Below are positions 11,328 through 20,830 of a stretch of DNA of 64,000 bases, one piece after another. Every line of letters starts with the position of its first letter. Position 1 is the first letter of the stretch. The position numbers and the translations under genes are program-made. The notes beneath the pieces were generated by a model. The model saw nothing but the letters and a program-made list of their open reading frames with translations. It did no database searches and was not told the origin of the DNA. Source of the stretch: an uncultured Gemmatimonadaceae bacterium (lineage in GTDB: Bacteria; Gemmatimonadota; Gemmatimonadetes; Gemmatimonadales; Gemmatimonadaceae); the NCBI GenBank assembly GCA_963751275.1, contig CAVVTZ010000014.1, positions 69,940-133,939 on the forward strand, given 5' to 3'.

Positions 11328-11453
11328 AACTGCTTTGACAGGATGACAGGATTTTCAGGACAACAACGGGATGTACGACACTGCGCTCGTTCGAGTGCAG
11401 TGTCGGACATCCCGTTGTTGTCCTGAAAATCCTGTAATCCTGTCAAAGCAGTT
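11328..11453. repeat. 126-bp near-perfect inverted repeat with CAGGAT-periodic arms
   Basis: 62-bp arms, 3 mismatches, termini AACTGCTTTGACAGGAT...ATCCTGTCAAAGCAGTT. Confidence 0.95.
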
Positions 11454-11838
11454 AGCGCTTCTTCGCTTTGGCCTTGGCTTTCTCACGGCTCTCCTTCACC
11501 CGGAACTTCACGATGCGCGCGATGAGGCCATATGGAATCGGCTCGTCGAGATCGAAGCGCACGGTGCCCCTCGCCGTGGCGTAGCCGGCCAGCTCCTTCT
11601 TGAAGGCGCGGATGGGCGCGCTGGTAGGGAAGAAGCTGACGTGATGCTTGAATCCGCCGAAGTACACAAGATTCCCATGCAGCTTGAAGACGGGGATCCC
11701 GTAGCTGATCCCCTCCTCGGCGCCGGGCGCGGCCTTCTTGATCGTGGCACGCATCTTCTTGAGCACCGCCTGCACATCGCGCGGGAAGCGCGCGATGTAG
11801 GCGTCGATGTCCTTGGCGGGAGCTTGACCCATCCTCAT
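11452..11838 (-). CDS. DUF1801 (YdhG-like) protein
   Basis: IDAYIA...APGAEEGISYGIP...FKHHVSFFP; GGAGG RBS. Confidence 0.85.
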   Translation of the reverse strand: MRMGQAPAKDIDAYIARFPRDVQAVLKKMRATIKKAAPGAEEGISYGIPVFKLHGNLVYFGGFKHHVSFFPTSAPIRAFKKELAGYATARGTVRFDLDEPIPYGLIARIVKFRVKESREKAKAKAKKR

Positions 11839-12268
11839 CGCTGCACCTCCCAGGGTGAGACCGGGCCCGGCGTGATCCGGAACAACGGATGCGCGTCGGG
11901 CGCGGCGATCGAGCGCCATGCTCGGTGAATCGTGGGGCTGCGAGACTTCAGTTTGCGCATCAGATGTCGCCATTCATAGTCGCGCTGTCCCGCGGTGGCC
12001 GCGAGTCGCACGCGTGAGCGCACGGCGCCTACCTTGCGCGCGTCGAACGCATAGCCGCGCTCGCGCGATTCGTCGAGCACGGCGCGCGAGGTAGGCGTTG
12101 ATCGCGGAACGCGGCGCGGGGTGCTGCTGGAAGCGAATGAGCTGCGGGTGGTGGCGGTAGCCGCGCGTCTCGCCGCGCAGCACGGCGCGCGCGAGCAGCG
12201 CCTCGCGCCAGAGTGCGACGAGACCCTGCGGGTCGAGATACTTGGGGATGCAGCGTCCAGAGGCGCAC
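11835..12268 (-). CDS. Pyrimidine-dimer DNA glycosylase / T4 endonuclease V family (frameshifted)
   Basis: Joined frames: MRLWTLHP.YLDPQGLVALWREALLA...GYRHHPQL.RF. Confidence 0.8.
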
Positions 12269-12270
12269 GC

Positions 12271-13058
12271 TCAGTATCTCGCGGGCGCGTAGCGTTTCGC
12301 GAGCAAGCCGGTCGCGGCGGAGAGATCGAGATCGTACACGAGCACGCCCGGCTCGCCGTACGGGAGATGCGCGACGCACTCTCCATTCGGCGCGATGATG
12401 CTCGTCGCGGCCTCCTGGAATCGCAGCGCGTAGTTCACGGACGCGAAGTAGATCGTGTTCTCGATGCTGCGCATCATCATCGCGCGCTCGTAGTACGGCG
12501 CCTCGGTCGATCCCCACTTCGTGAGCGTGATGCCCCGCGGTCTCGCTGCCCGTGTGCTGCGGATGGAAGACGACCTGCGCGCCGCGCGTCGCGGCCCAAC
12601 GCACGGTCTCGGGATAGCGCCAGCCTTCATGGCAGATCGCGATGCCGAACTTCAGTCCATTGATCTCGAAGAGTTTTCGGGAATCTCCCGGCACGTAATT
12701 CGATTCCTCGCTCGGATCGAGCTGCGTCTTGATCTGCATGCCGAGCGATTCCCCGCGAGCGTCGATCACCGCCGCGGCGATCTGCCGGCCGGTGGGAGCA
12801 CTCACCTCTAGGCCGAGTATCACGGCGATGTGGTGCTCACGCGCGAGCTGCGCGACATCGCGGAGCACGCGCGCCTGCGATCGCCTCGTCCCATGAGATC
12901 ACCTCGAAATCCTGCCCGCGCAGGCCGGGCAGGTACGCCTCGGGAAAGCAGACGATCTTCGCGCCGCGCGCCGAGGCGTCGGCCATCGCGGTGGCGATCT
13001 TCGCGAAGCCGTCGTCGAGACTCGTGGCGGGCCGCGGCGACGCGAGCGCGACCTTCAC
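12271..13058 (-). CDS. Carbon-nitrogen hydrolase (nitrilase family), frameshifted
   Basis: IVCFPE, KTQL, GIAICHE triad motifs across three frames. Confidence 0.85.
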
Positions 13059-13324
13059 TGCGCGAATCGTTCCGCCGCGCGCGCCCGCGCCTTGGCCGCT
13101 TCCTCTTCGCGGTTCCGGGGCGGCGCGTTCGTCTGCAGGGAGTCGAGCAGCGTGCGCGAGATCACCGCGATCTCCTCGACGGCGGCGGTGAAGGCCGCTT
13201 CGTTCGCCCTCGAGGGCGTGTTGAAGCCGCTCACCTTGCGCACGAACTGCAGCGAGGCCGCGCGGATCTCATCGTCGGTGACGGGCGGCGCGAAATTGTA
13301 CAGCGTCTTGATGTTCCGGCACAT
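13055..13324 (-). CDS. DUF2277 family protein
   Basis: MCRNIKTLYNFAPP...LQFVRKVSG signature. Confidence 0.9.
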   Translation of the reverse strand: MCRNIKTLYNFAPPVTDDEIRAASLQFVRKVSGFNTPSRANEAAFTAAVEEIAVISRTLLDSLQTNAPPRNREEEAAKARARAAERFAQ

Positions 13325-13399
13325 GGGCGCGCTCCATTGAGTGCTCCGGGCGGCGGCATTCGCGCGCCCGAAGACTCAATGTATCCGGCGGCGGCGGGA

Positions 13400-13837
13400 C
13401 TACAATGCCGCGAGCACCTCGCGCAGTTTCACATCCAGGATGCGCGGCCAGCCCGACTTGACGCCGGTGAAGTGGTGCGTGTTGTGGGACTGGAAGCCGG
13501 TGTGGAGGAGCACGAGCTTCGTGCCGCCGCCGGCGGTGGGCGTGAGCGTGAACGTGACCACGGTGTCGAGTTCGTCGGCGCCCTGCCCGGCCTTCCAGCT
13601 GTAGCTGAGCTTCTTGTCGGGCACCGACTCCAGGATCTCGCAGTGCACCGTGCCGTCCCACCACGGCTGCGGCTTCGCCGTGAAGGTGAACTTCGTGCCG
13701 CGCTTGGGGCCGATGTCCGTGGTCATGAGCCATTGCGAGACGAGCTTGGGATCGGTGAGTGCGCGCCAGACTTTGGCCGGGGCGTGCGGCAGCTCGGTCT
13801 CCATGGTGAACGATTCGGTGGTGGCTTGGGCGGTCAT
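13400..13837 (-). CDS. SRPBCC/AHSA1 domain protein
   Basis: KVWRALTDP...W; ATGA overlap with ArsR gene. Confidence 0.9.
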   Translation of the reverse strand: MTAQATTESFTMETELPHAPAKVWRALTDPKLVSQWLMTTDIGPKRGTKFTFTAKPQPWWDGTVHCEILESVPDKKLSYSWKAGQGADELDTVVTFTLTPTAGGGTKLVLLHTGFQSHNTHHFTGVKSGWPRILDVKLREVLAAL

Positions 13838-14151
13838 GGGTCCATCTCCTTGAGCAGGGCTTGGAGTTTGTCGAGGCGCGCGGGCCAGAACGCCTCGTAG
13901 TGGGCGAGCCAATCCACCAGTGGGCGGAGCCCCTTGGGCTCCACGCGGTAGTACACGAGGCGGCCGTCGCGTCGCTCGCGCACGAGGCCGGCTTTGCGCA
14001 GCGCGGCGAGGTGCTGGGAGACGGCGGGCTGCGAGATGTCGAAACGGGCGGTGAGGTCCTTCACCGCCGCTTCGCCGCGGGTGAGCCGTTCGAGGATCCG
14101 CCGCCGGCTGGGATCGGCCAGGGCGCGGAAGAGGGTGTCTTCGCGTCGCAT
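13834..14151 (-). CDS. ArsR/SmtB family regulator
   Basis: FRALADPSRRRIL...SQPAVSQHL HTH. Confidence 0.95.
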   Translation of the reverse strand: MRREDTLFRALADPSRRRILERLTRGEAAVKDLTARFDISQPAVSQHLAALRKAGLVRERRDGRLVYYRVEPKGLRPLVDWLAHYEAFWPARLDKLQALLKEMDP

Positions 14152-14161
14152 GGGGGTAATA

Positions 14162-14188
14162 CATAAGCGAGTACTTATGCTTTGTCAA
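14162..14188 (-). promoter_or_regulatory. TTGACA -35 box and palindromic ArsR operator candidate
   Basis: CATAAG-N6-CTTATG at 14162-14179; TTGACA on minus strand at 14183-14188. Confidence 0.7.
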
Positions 14189-14274
14189 GACACGCCGGCG
14201 CGAGCGAGGCCGAGCGGGCCGTGCGAGGCAACGTGCGCCCGGACGCCGATTCGGGCGGACGAGGGGTGACGCTG

Positions 14275-14731
14275 CGCACCCGCACAGCGCGCGAACCGGA
14301 CGCCACGCGGCCTCGAATCGCGCGCGGTAATGCACGCCCGAGGCCGACACGAGATCGAAGTCGCCACGCACGGGCGAACTCGTCTCCACGCGGTGGAACG
14401 ACACGCGGCCCGCTCAGGGTCCACGGGAAGCGCCTTGCCGTCGGAGTAGTACACGGAGCCGGTGCGCCCATCGCGATCGGGGAACTGGAAAGCTCACGGA
14501 GTCCTTGATCGCGGGCGCCTGCCAGATGGAGATCCGGATCACGGCGCCCTTGGCGCCTCCCGGCAGCGGCTCGGCGGGAACGGTCGTCACGAACGCGGAG
14601 CCATCCCATGGCGCGCAACTGCGCTCGATCGTCGCCTTCAAGGGCGCGCCGTCCTGACGGCTCCGCGCGCCGAGATCGGCGCGCGGAGCGAATGCCAAGC
14701 CGAACAGCAGGAGCGGGATCGCAGCTCGCAT
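14275..14731 (-). CDS. Hypothetical exported protein (frameshifted, 3' end approximate)
   Basis: Signal peptide; CAPWDG motif; continuation in other frames ending ...RALCG. Confidence 0.5.
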
Positions 14732-14739
14732 ATCGCTCG

Positions 14740-14892
14740 CTATCCGCGGCTCTTGAAGAATTGCACGGCCCGCTCGTGCTTCTCCGCGGCCGCGCGCGTG
14801 GCGAAGGTGCCAAGGTTGCGGCGCTTGCCGGTGCGCGGGTTCTTCTTGCGCGAATACAGCCGGTACTTGCCCGAGGAAAGCTTACGGATCAT
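14740..14892 (-). CDS. Small basic 50-aa protein
   Basis: MIRKLSSGKYRLYSRKKNPRTGKRRNLGTFATRAAAEKHERAVQFFKSRG; GAGGTG RBS; absent from ORF track. Confidence 0.75.
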   Translation of the reverse strand: MIRKLSSGKYRLYSRKKNPRTGKRRNLGTFATRAAAEKHERAVQFFKSRG

Positions 14893-15088
14893 GGCGATCA
14901 CCTCTTCGCGTAATGGTCGGCGCCAGGGAAATACGAAGATACATATGGCTCATACCCCGCGACGCGACTGTCGTGCGCCCGCGAGAGAACGAGGCTCGTG
15001 TCATGCATCGACAGGTCCTTTGATCTCGATGCTGATCACGTGTGACGGCCCACCCGCGCGACTCATCGATCGCTTCTCGCACGCGCGC

Positions 15089-15595
15089 TCACGCGGCGTC
15101 CGTCGCATCGCGCGGCCATCCGGCGAGCGCTGCGATCTGGCGCAGATGGTGATGCAAGTGCGCCACGTAGTCGGCCATGAAGTAGTCGAGCGTGGCCGGC
15201 TGATCCGCGGGCACGACGCTCCACGCGATCTCATCCAGATTGTGCCGCCGGTGTTGCTTCATCCGGATCTCCACCGGGATCTTCGCCATCAGGCGCGCGA
15301 TGTGCCGGTTGTAGCCGGCCCAGAGCGCCACGAGATCCGTCCACGGCGCATTTTGGTAGTCCTGCGCCGCCGTCCACATATCCTGGTCGTAGCCCGGGAA
15401 GTTCAGGTCGTCCTGCGACCGGATGCGCACGAAGCGTTGATGGTTGTTCGATGCCGAGTCGATGAGATGGCCGATGATCTCCTTGGGCGACCACGTGCCC
15501 GGCGCGGGTCGGCGCGCGTTCACCGCGTCGGGGAGCGCGAGCAGCATCGGCGTCACGCGCGCGATGGTGGCGTTGAGATCGTCAATGTAGTTCAC
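15089..15595 (-). CDS. DinB family protein
   Basis: WSPKEIIGHLIDSA...HLHHHL; start approximate. Confidence 0.85.
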   Translation of the reverse strand: MNYIDDLNATIARVTPMLLALPDAVNARRPAPGTWSPKEIIGHLIDSASNNHQRFVRIRSQDDLNFPGYDQDMWTAAQDYQNAPWTDLVALWAGYNRHIARLMAKIPVEIRMKQHRRHNLDEIAWSVVPADQPATLDYFMADYVAHLHHHLRQIAALAGWPRDATDAA

Positions 15596-15608
15596 GTGTT
15601 CATGAATT

Positions 15609-18360
15609 CTAACGCGGATTCCCAGGCGCCGACACGTTCGCGCTCGCCACGCGGCCGCGGCCGAGCTGGGCGCGCAGCTCCACGAGCACGCGCGTGCCGG
15701 GATCCGCGCTGGCGGGAATGAACGCGATCGCCCGCCGCACGAGCGGTTCCGCCGTCGCCGCATTCCCACGGGCGATCAGGAAGGCGCCATAGCTCGCGAC
15801 GATCGCGGGATACGCCGTGCTGTCCACCCGCGTGCCTCCCGCGAGCGCCGCCAGCGCATTGCGATACAATGAATCCGCGCCGATCGGATCGCCGTCGGCC
15901 GCGCGCGCGCCGGCCTCCACGGCCGCGAGCCGCGCGAACGACGGCGGCAATCGCCCGCGCTTCGCGCGCAGCGCAGCGAGAAGCGGCTTCGCCACGATTC
16001 CGGCGTCGTGACCCTGCCCTCCCTGCAGCTGGATGAAGCCGAGCCGCTGCCCCGCATTCAGGGTCAGCTCGTGGAACTCGCCCACGCGCCGTTGCAACGA
16101 CGCATAGGCGGCCATCGCCTCGGCCGTCGCCGCGCGGAGTGCGCCGACGTTCGCCTTGTACTCGGCGAGCTGCGACGAACTGTTGAACGTCTCAGGGTGC
16201 CCGGCACCCATCACACTCTTGAACATCTCCAGCGCGCGCCGCGACGTCGCAGCCGCAGCGGCATCGTGGAACTGCATGGACTCGAAGAGCGCCATGCGAT
16301 CGAGCGCGCGCGCGAGATTCAGCCCGCCGCCCCGGTCCACCTGCTCCAATCCCGCGACCGCGCCGCGCAACCTCGGCTCCGCCGCCGCCAGATCCCCCTG
16401 CTTCATCTCGATCATCGCGAGATTCGATTCTCCCACGAGGAGCTTCACATCGAGCGGCGCGAGCACCCCGCGCCGGTGCGATTGCGCCGCCGTGAGCGCC
16501 GACTCCGCGGCGGCCAGACGGTCCTGCGCCGCGAGCAACGACCCCAGATCGCTCAGCCGCGACGCCGTGATCGTGTCGTTCGCACCGGTAAGGCGCACTT
16601 GCATCGCGAGCGACTGCCGGTACAACGACTCGGCGGCCGCCGGCTGGTCCAGCCGCTTCTTCGCGGTCGCGAGGATGTCGATCGCATCCGACAGCGCCTG
16701 GCTCTCCGCACCGCCGGCGCCGAGATATGCCGCGATCGCCGGCGTCAGCAGCGAATCGGCCTGCGAGTACTCTCCGCGATCGTTGAGCCCCCACGCGACC
16801 GCCATCACCTGATTGAGCAATTCCTCGGATCCGGCGCCATATACGCGGCCCGACGCGGCCAGCCCTTTCCGGTGCAAGGTGTCGGCCTGCGCCAGGAGAT
16901 CGAGGTGCGCATAGGTATTCCCGAGCTCTTCGTAGAGCTCCGCCGCCACCGCCGGCTCGTGTTCCGCCAGACTGTCCACTTGCTTCGTGCCGCGGTCGAG
17001 CAGCTGCCGCACCGAGAACTCACCGCCCTGCGTCACGTTCGGATCGGCCTGGTGCAGCAGGTCGACGAGGAATCCTTTCACGCGGTCGGCGCGCGCCGCC
17101 TCGAGGCGCGCGGCACGCGCCTGCCACACGGTGGACACCACCCCGCCAACCGAACGCGAGCGCGACGATCGCCGCGGCCGCGACGGCAACGCGATGCCGG
17201 CCGATGAACTTTCCGGCGCGATACCGGAATGAATCCGGACGCGCGAGCACGGGCCGCCCTTCCCGGTAGCGGCGCAGATCGTCGAGCATCGCATCCGCGG
17301 TCGCGTAGCGGCGCGCCGGATCCTTCTGCAGCGCCTTGAGCACGATCGTGTCGAGATCGCCCGACAACGCACGCCGCGATGGCGATGCGCCGATCGCGAC
17401 ACTCGGCGCCACCGGGTCGGTGGAACAGACGACGCGCTCGATCTCCGCCGCCGAACGCTTGTCGAACCGGTGCGCGCGCTGTCCGGTGAGCAGCTGGTAG
17501 AGCACCGCGCCCAGCGAGTAGATGTCGCTGGCCGCGCTGACGCGCTCGCCGCGCACTTGCTCCGGCGACGCATACTCCGGCGTCATCACGCGGCCGTATG
17601 CGAGGGTGATCTCGGGATCGGAGGCGCTCTCGTCGCCGAGGAGTTTCGCGATCCCGAAATCGAGCAGCTTCACTTCGCCCTTGTCGGTGACGAAGATATT
17701 CCCCGGCTTGAGATCGCGATGCACCAGCAGATGCTGATGCGCATAGGCGACGGCGCCGAGCACGTGCTCCATGAGCGCGAGGCGGCGCGGCACGTCGAGC
17801 GCGAGATCGTCGCAATAGCGATCGAGCGGGCGGCCGGCCACGTACTCCATCGCGAACCACGGGAGCCCCGTGTCGGTGACACCGCCGTCGAGCAGGCGCG
17901 CGACGCTGGGATGTTCGAGCGTGGCGAGGATGCGCCGCTCTTCGAGGAATCGACGAATGAGCAGCGGATCGTGTTCGCGCCCGCGGCGAATGAGCTTGAG
18001 CGCCGCGGTCTGCGCGAACTGGCCGTCGGCCCGCTCGGCGAGGAACACTTCGCCCATCCCGCCCTGTCCGAGTATGCGTGCGAGGCGCCAGACGCCGATC
18101 GTGTCGCCCACGCGCACACGAGTGCCCACGGCCTCCTCCACGGCGATCATGAGCGGGCCGGCCATGTCGGCGATCGAATGCTCGAGCGGGCCATTGGGAT
18201 CCTCGCCCGCCACGAGCATGCGCTCTACCTGAGAGCGCAACGCGGCATCGCCGGCGCAGGCGCGGTCAAGGAAGGCGGCGCGCTCTTTCGGAGAGAGATC
18301 GAGCGCCGCTTCGAGAATGGGCTCGATGCGGGCCCACGCGCTGAGATCGGGCGAGGTCAT
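15609..18360 (-). CDS. Ser/Thr protein kinase with TM and TPR repeats (frameshift near 17150)
   Basis: GQGGMG, HRDLKPGN, DFG, YASPE; TPR-like helical repeats in second frame. Confidence 0.92.
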
Positions 18361-18932
18361 GACGCGCCGTCGTCGAGCGCCGTGGCGAGCCAGCCTTTGG
18401 CTTTGATCCAGTCGCGGCGCACGGTGCGCGCCGTGATACCGAGTGCGGCGGCCGTTTCCTCCTCGGTGAGTCCCAGGAAATAGCGGCACTCCACCACGCG
18501 CACCAATCGCGGATCCAGCGCGGCGAGCCGCTCGAGAGCATCGTTGAGTTCGAGCACCGCTTCGGCGCTCTCATCTTGTGCGAGCGCGATGCCGCTCAGG
18601 CTCACGCGCTGCCGCTCGCCGCCGTGCCGCTCCACGTTGCGCCGCCGCGCGTGCTCCACGAGGATGCGCCGCATCGCGATCGCCGCCACGCCAACGAAGT
18701 GCGCGCGGTCCGCGAGCTCCACGCGCGTCTGGTCCACGAGACGCAGGTACGCTTCGTGCACGAGCGCGGTGGTGGTGAGCGTATGATCGGGCCGTTCGCG
18801 CCGCATGTATCGCTGCGCGAGCTCGTGCAGTTCGGCGTAGACGAGCGGCAGCAGCTGGTCGATCGTGCGCTGGTCGCCACGTGACAGTTCCAGCACCAGA
18901 TCGGTCGCCGCGGCCGGCGGCAGTGGCGGCAT
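18357..18932 (-). CDS. ECF sigma factor of the kinase-associated type
   Basis: LLPLVYAEL...TALVHEAYLRL...TVRRDW; ATGA overlap with kinase. Confidence 0.92.
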   Translation of the reverse strand: MPPLPPAAATDLVLELSRGDQRTIDQLLPLVYAELHELAQRYMRRERPDHTLTTTALVHEAYLRLVDQTRVELADRAHFVGVAAIAMRRILVEHARRRNVERHGGERQRVSLSGIALAQDESAEAVLELNDALERLAALDPRLVRVVECRYFLGLTEEETAAALGITARTVRRDWIKAKGWLATALDDGAS

Positions 18933-19053
18933 GGGATAGGGGTCGAGGCCCGCGGATAGGCGGCGTCCGAGATTCCGCCCGGACGCCGCCCGCTCCACTG
19001 CCCCAACATACCCAGCCCACCCGCCACGCGATATCACCGGCCTCCGCCGGCGG

Positions 19054-20733
19054 TCACTTGTCGATCGTGATCGTCGCACCGGACAGCGAGAGGTCGGACT
19101 TGGCGAACCCCGATGCCGTGATGCCGGTGAGCGTCGCCTGGTAGGTACTGCTGCTCGTGCTGCCCGGGCCGGTGGACGAACTCCCGCAGCTCGCGACCGT
19201 GACGCCGCACACCGTGAGCAGCGCGAGCATCGCGAGCCGGCGGCGGCGTCGCATCGCCGGCACCAGCAGGAGCGGCAGCACCGCGAGTGCCGCGCCGCCG
19301 CCCAGGCGTTGCGCGAGCGTGGTATTGAAATCGTAGGTCACGAGGATGTCCACCGGCGTCGTGATCGTGTAAGCGGGATTCAGCGCGAGCGTCACCGAGC
19401 CGTCGTTCGCCGCGAAGGCGCCGCTCGCCAGCACAGAATCGGTGCCATTGACGTGACCGTTGCCGTTCTTGTCGAGATAGAGCCGCACCGCCGTGACATC
19501 CACCTGCTCGTTGCCGCTCCCCTGCGCCTTGATGGTGACATTGTCCAGCAGCGCGAGCGAGGCGGGCGTGAGCGCGAACTCGAGCATCGGCACGCTGGTC
19601 GAGCCCTTCTGTACCACTTGGTCCGCCGGCGAGCTGCCGCCGAGCGCGACCGTCACGGGCAAGCTGTGCAGGATGCAGGGCGCCTTGTTGTTCGTCTGAT
19701 TGTTGTCGGGCGGCGGATCGTCGCTGTACGGCGGATTCGCGCTCGAGACCTGAACGCCGACGCAGAATTGGGTCTGTGTCGGCGGCGGCGCGTTGGGGCC
19801 ATCGGGCCCGCCGCTGTATCGGAGGGTGAAGGTCGTGCTGTCGCCGGGGGGAAGATAGGTGACGATACAGTTCCGCTGGTCCGTGTAGCAATTGCCGTCC
19901 GACGCGAACCAGGCGATCTGAACGTCGGGCCCATCTTCGAGGCTGTCGCCGAGCGTGGCGAGACTGACGCCGAGGGCCCCGTGCGGCCCGTGATTCACGA
20001 CGCGGAAGGTGGAGCTCATGACCTGCCCACCGTAGGATGAATTCACGAGCGCAACGCTCAGGTCCGCGTTGAAGTGTTGCTCGGCCGGCCCGTTTCCAAC
20101 GGTGTCGATGAAGCCGGCACCCTGCGGGATGTAATTCACATTCGCGATGTTCACGGCGAACGAATCCGGCCCCTCGGAGCAACACGACCCGACATCCGGC
20201 GTCGCGGTCAGCGTCCCGGTCGCGCCGTAGGGGATGATCCCGTGGCAGGCATGGAAATCGACCACCGCCATCACGCCGCTCCCGAGCACGATCGAGTGGC
20301 AGCTCGCGACAGCCCCACCGCCGCCGCTCGAGGAAGCCACGGCGACCGTCGCCTGGCCCGTGCCGTCGTTGAGATGGCCGCCCAGCAGATTCATGTCGAT
20401 CGAAAGCGCGCAATCCTGGAACGCGACCGGCACATCGACATTCGTCCACTTGTTCGCGGTGATCGTGAAGGTCACGTTCGTGGCAGTCGCGCGGCACGGG
20501 CCCACGAGGGCGTCCACGCGCGAGAACGTGTACGTGCCCGGCGTGAATTCCTGGGTGAAGATCTCCTGCGGTCCGCTCGCCGTCTGCAGGAACGTGCGAT
20601 ACACGGTGGCGTCGGGCCCGTTGGGCACGTGCGTGTACAGGCTGACGAATCCGGTCTGCGCGAACGCCGCGGCCAGCGGCGCACAACAGAGGGCGAGCGC
20701 GATACGAATGGAATGCAGCGGTCGATGACGCAT
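19054..20733 (-). CDS. Secreted beta-rich protein (DUF11-like) with C-terminal TM hairpin and internal lipobox
   Basis: N-terminal signal peptide; ADLSV...NHGP DUF11-like motif; GGG-hydrophobic-RRRRR-hydrophobic-VASC. Confidence 0.8.
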   Translation of the reverse strand: MRHRPLHSIRIALALCCAPLAAAFAQTGFVSLYTHVPNGPDATVYRTFLQTASGPQEIFTQEFTPGTYTFSRVDALVGPCRATATNVTFTITANKWTNVDVPVAFQDCALSIDMNLLGGHLNDGTGQATVAVASSSGGGGAVASCHSIVLGSGVMAVVDFHACHGIIPYGATGTLTATPDVGSCCSEGPDSFAVNIANVNYIPQGAGFIDTVGNGPAEQHFNADLSVALVNSSYGGQVMSSTFRVVNHGPHGALGVSLATLGDSLEDGPDVQIAWFASDGNCYTDQRNCIVTYLPPGDSTTFTLRYSGGPDGPNAPPPTQTQFCVGVQVSSANPPYSDDPPPDNNQTNNKAPCILHSLPVTVALGGSSPADQVVQKGSTSVPMLEFALTPASLALLDNVTIKAQGSGNEQVDVTAVRLYLDKNGNGHVNGTDSVLASGAFAANDGSVTLALNPAYTITTPVDILVTYDFNTTLAQRLGGGAALAVLPLLLVPAMRRRRRLAMLALLTVCGVTVASCGSSSTGPGSTSSSTYQATLTGITASGFAKSDLSLSGATITIDK

Positions 20734-20830
20734 GATGGCTCTCCGGGAGGGGCCCGAACGCGGGCCGTGAATGACCTCTACCGGAGAAGCGCGGATTCCT
20801 GCGGAAAAGCGGACATCGGGGGCGGGCAGG

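Noticed and set aside
14196..14220. GCGAGCGAGGCCGAGC as an attC core relic
   Set aside because: No L or R boxes; expected by chance at this GC content
13400..14404. 334-aa SRPBCC ORF with long N-terminal extension
   Set aside because: Extension overlaps arsR and its promoter; real start is 13837
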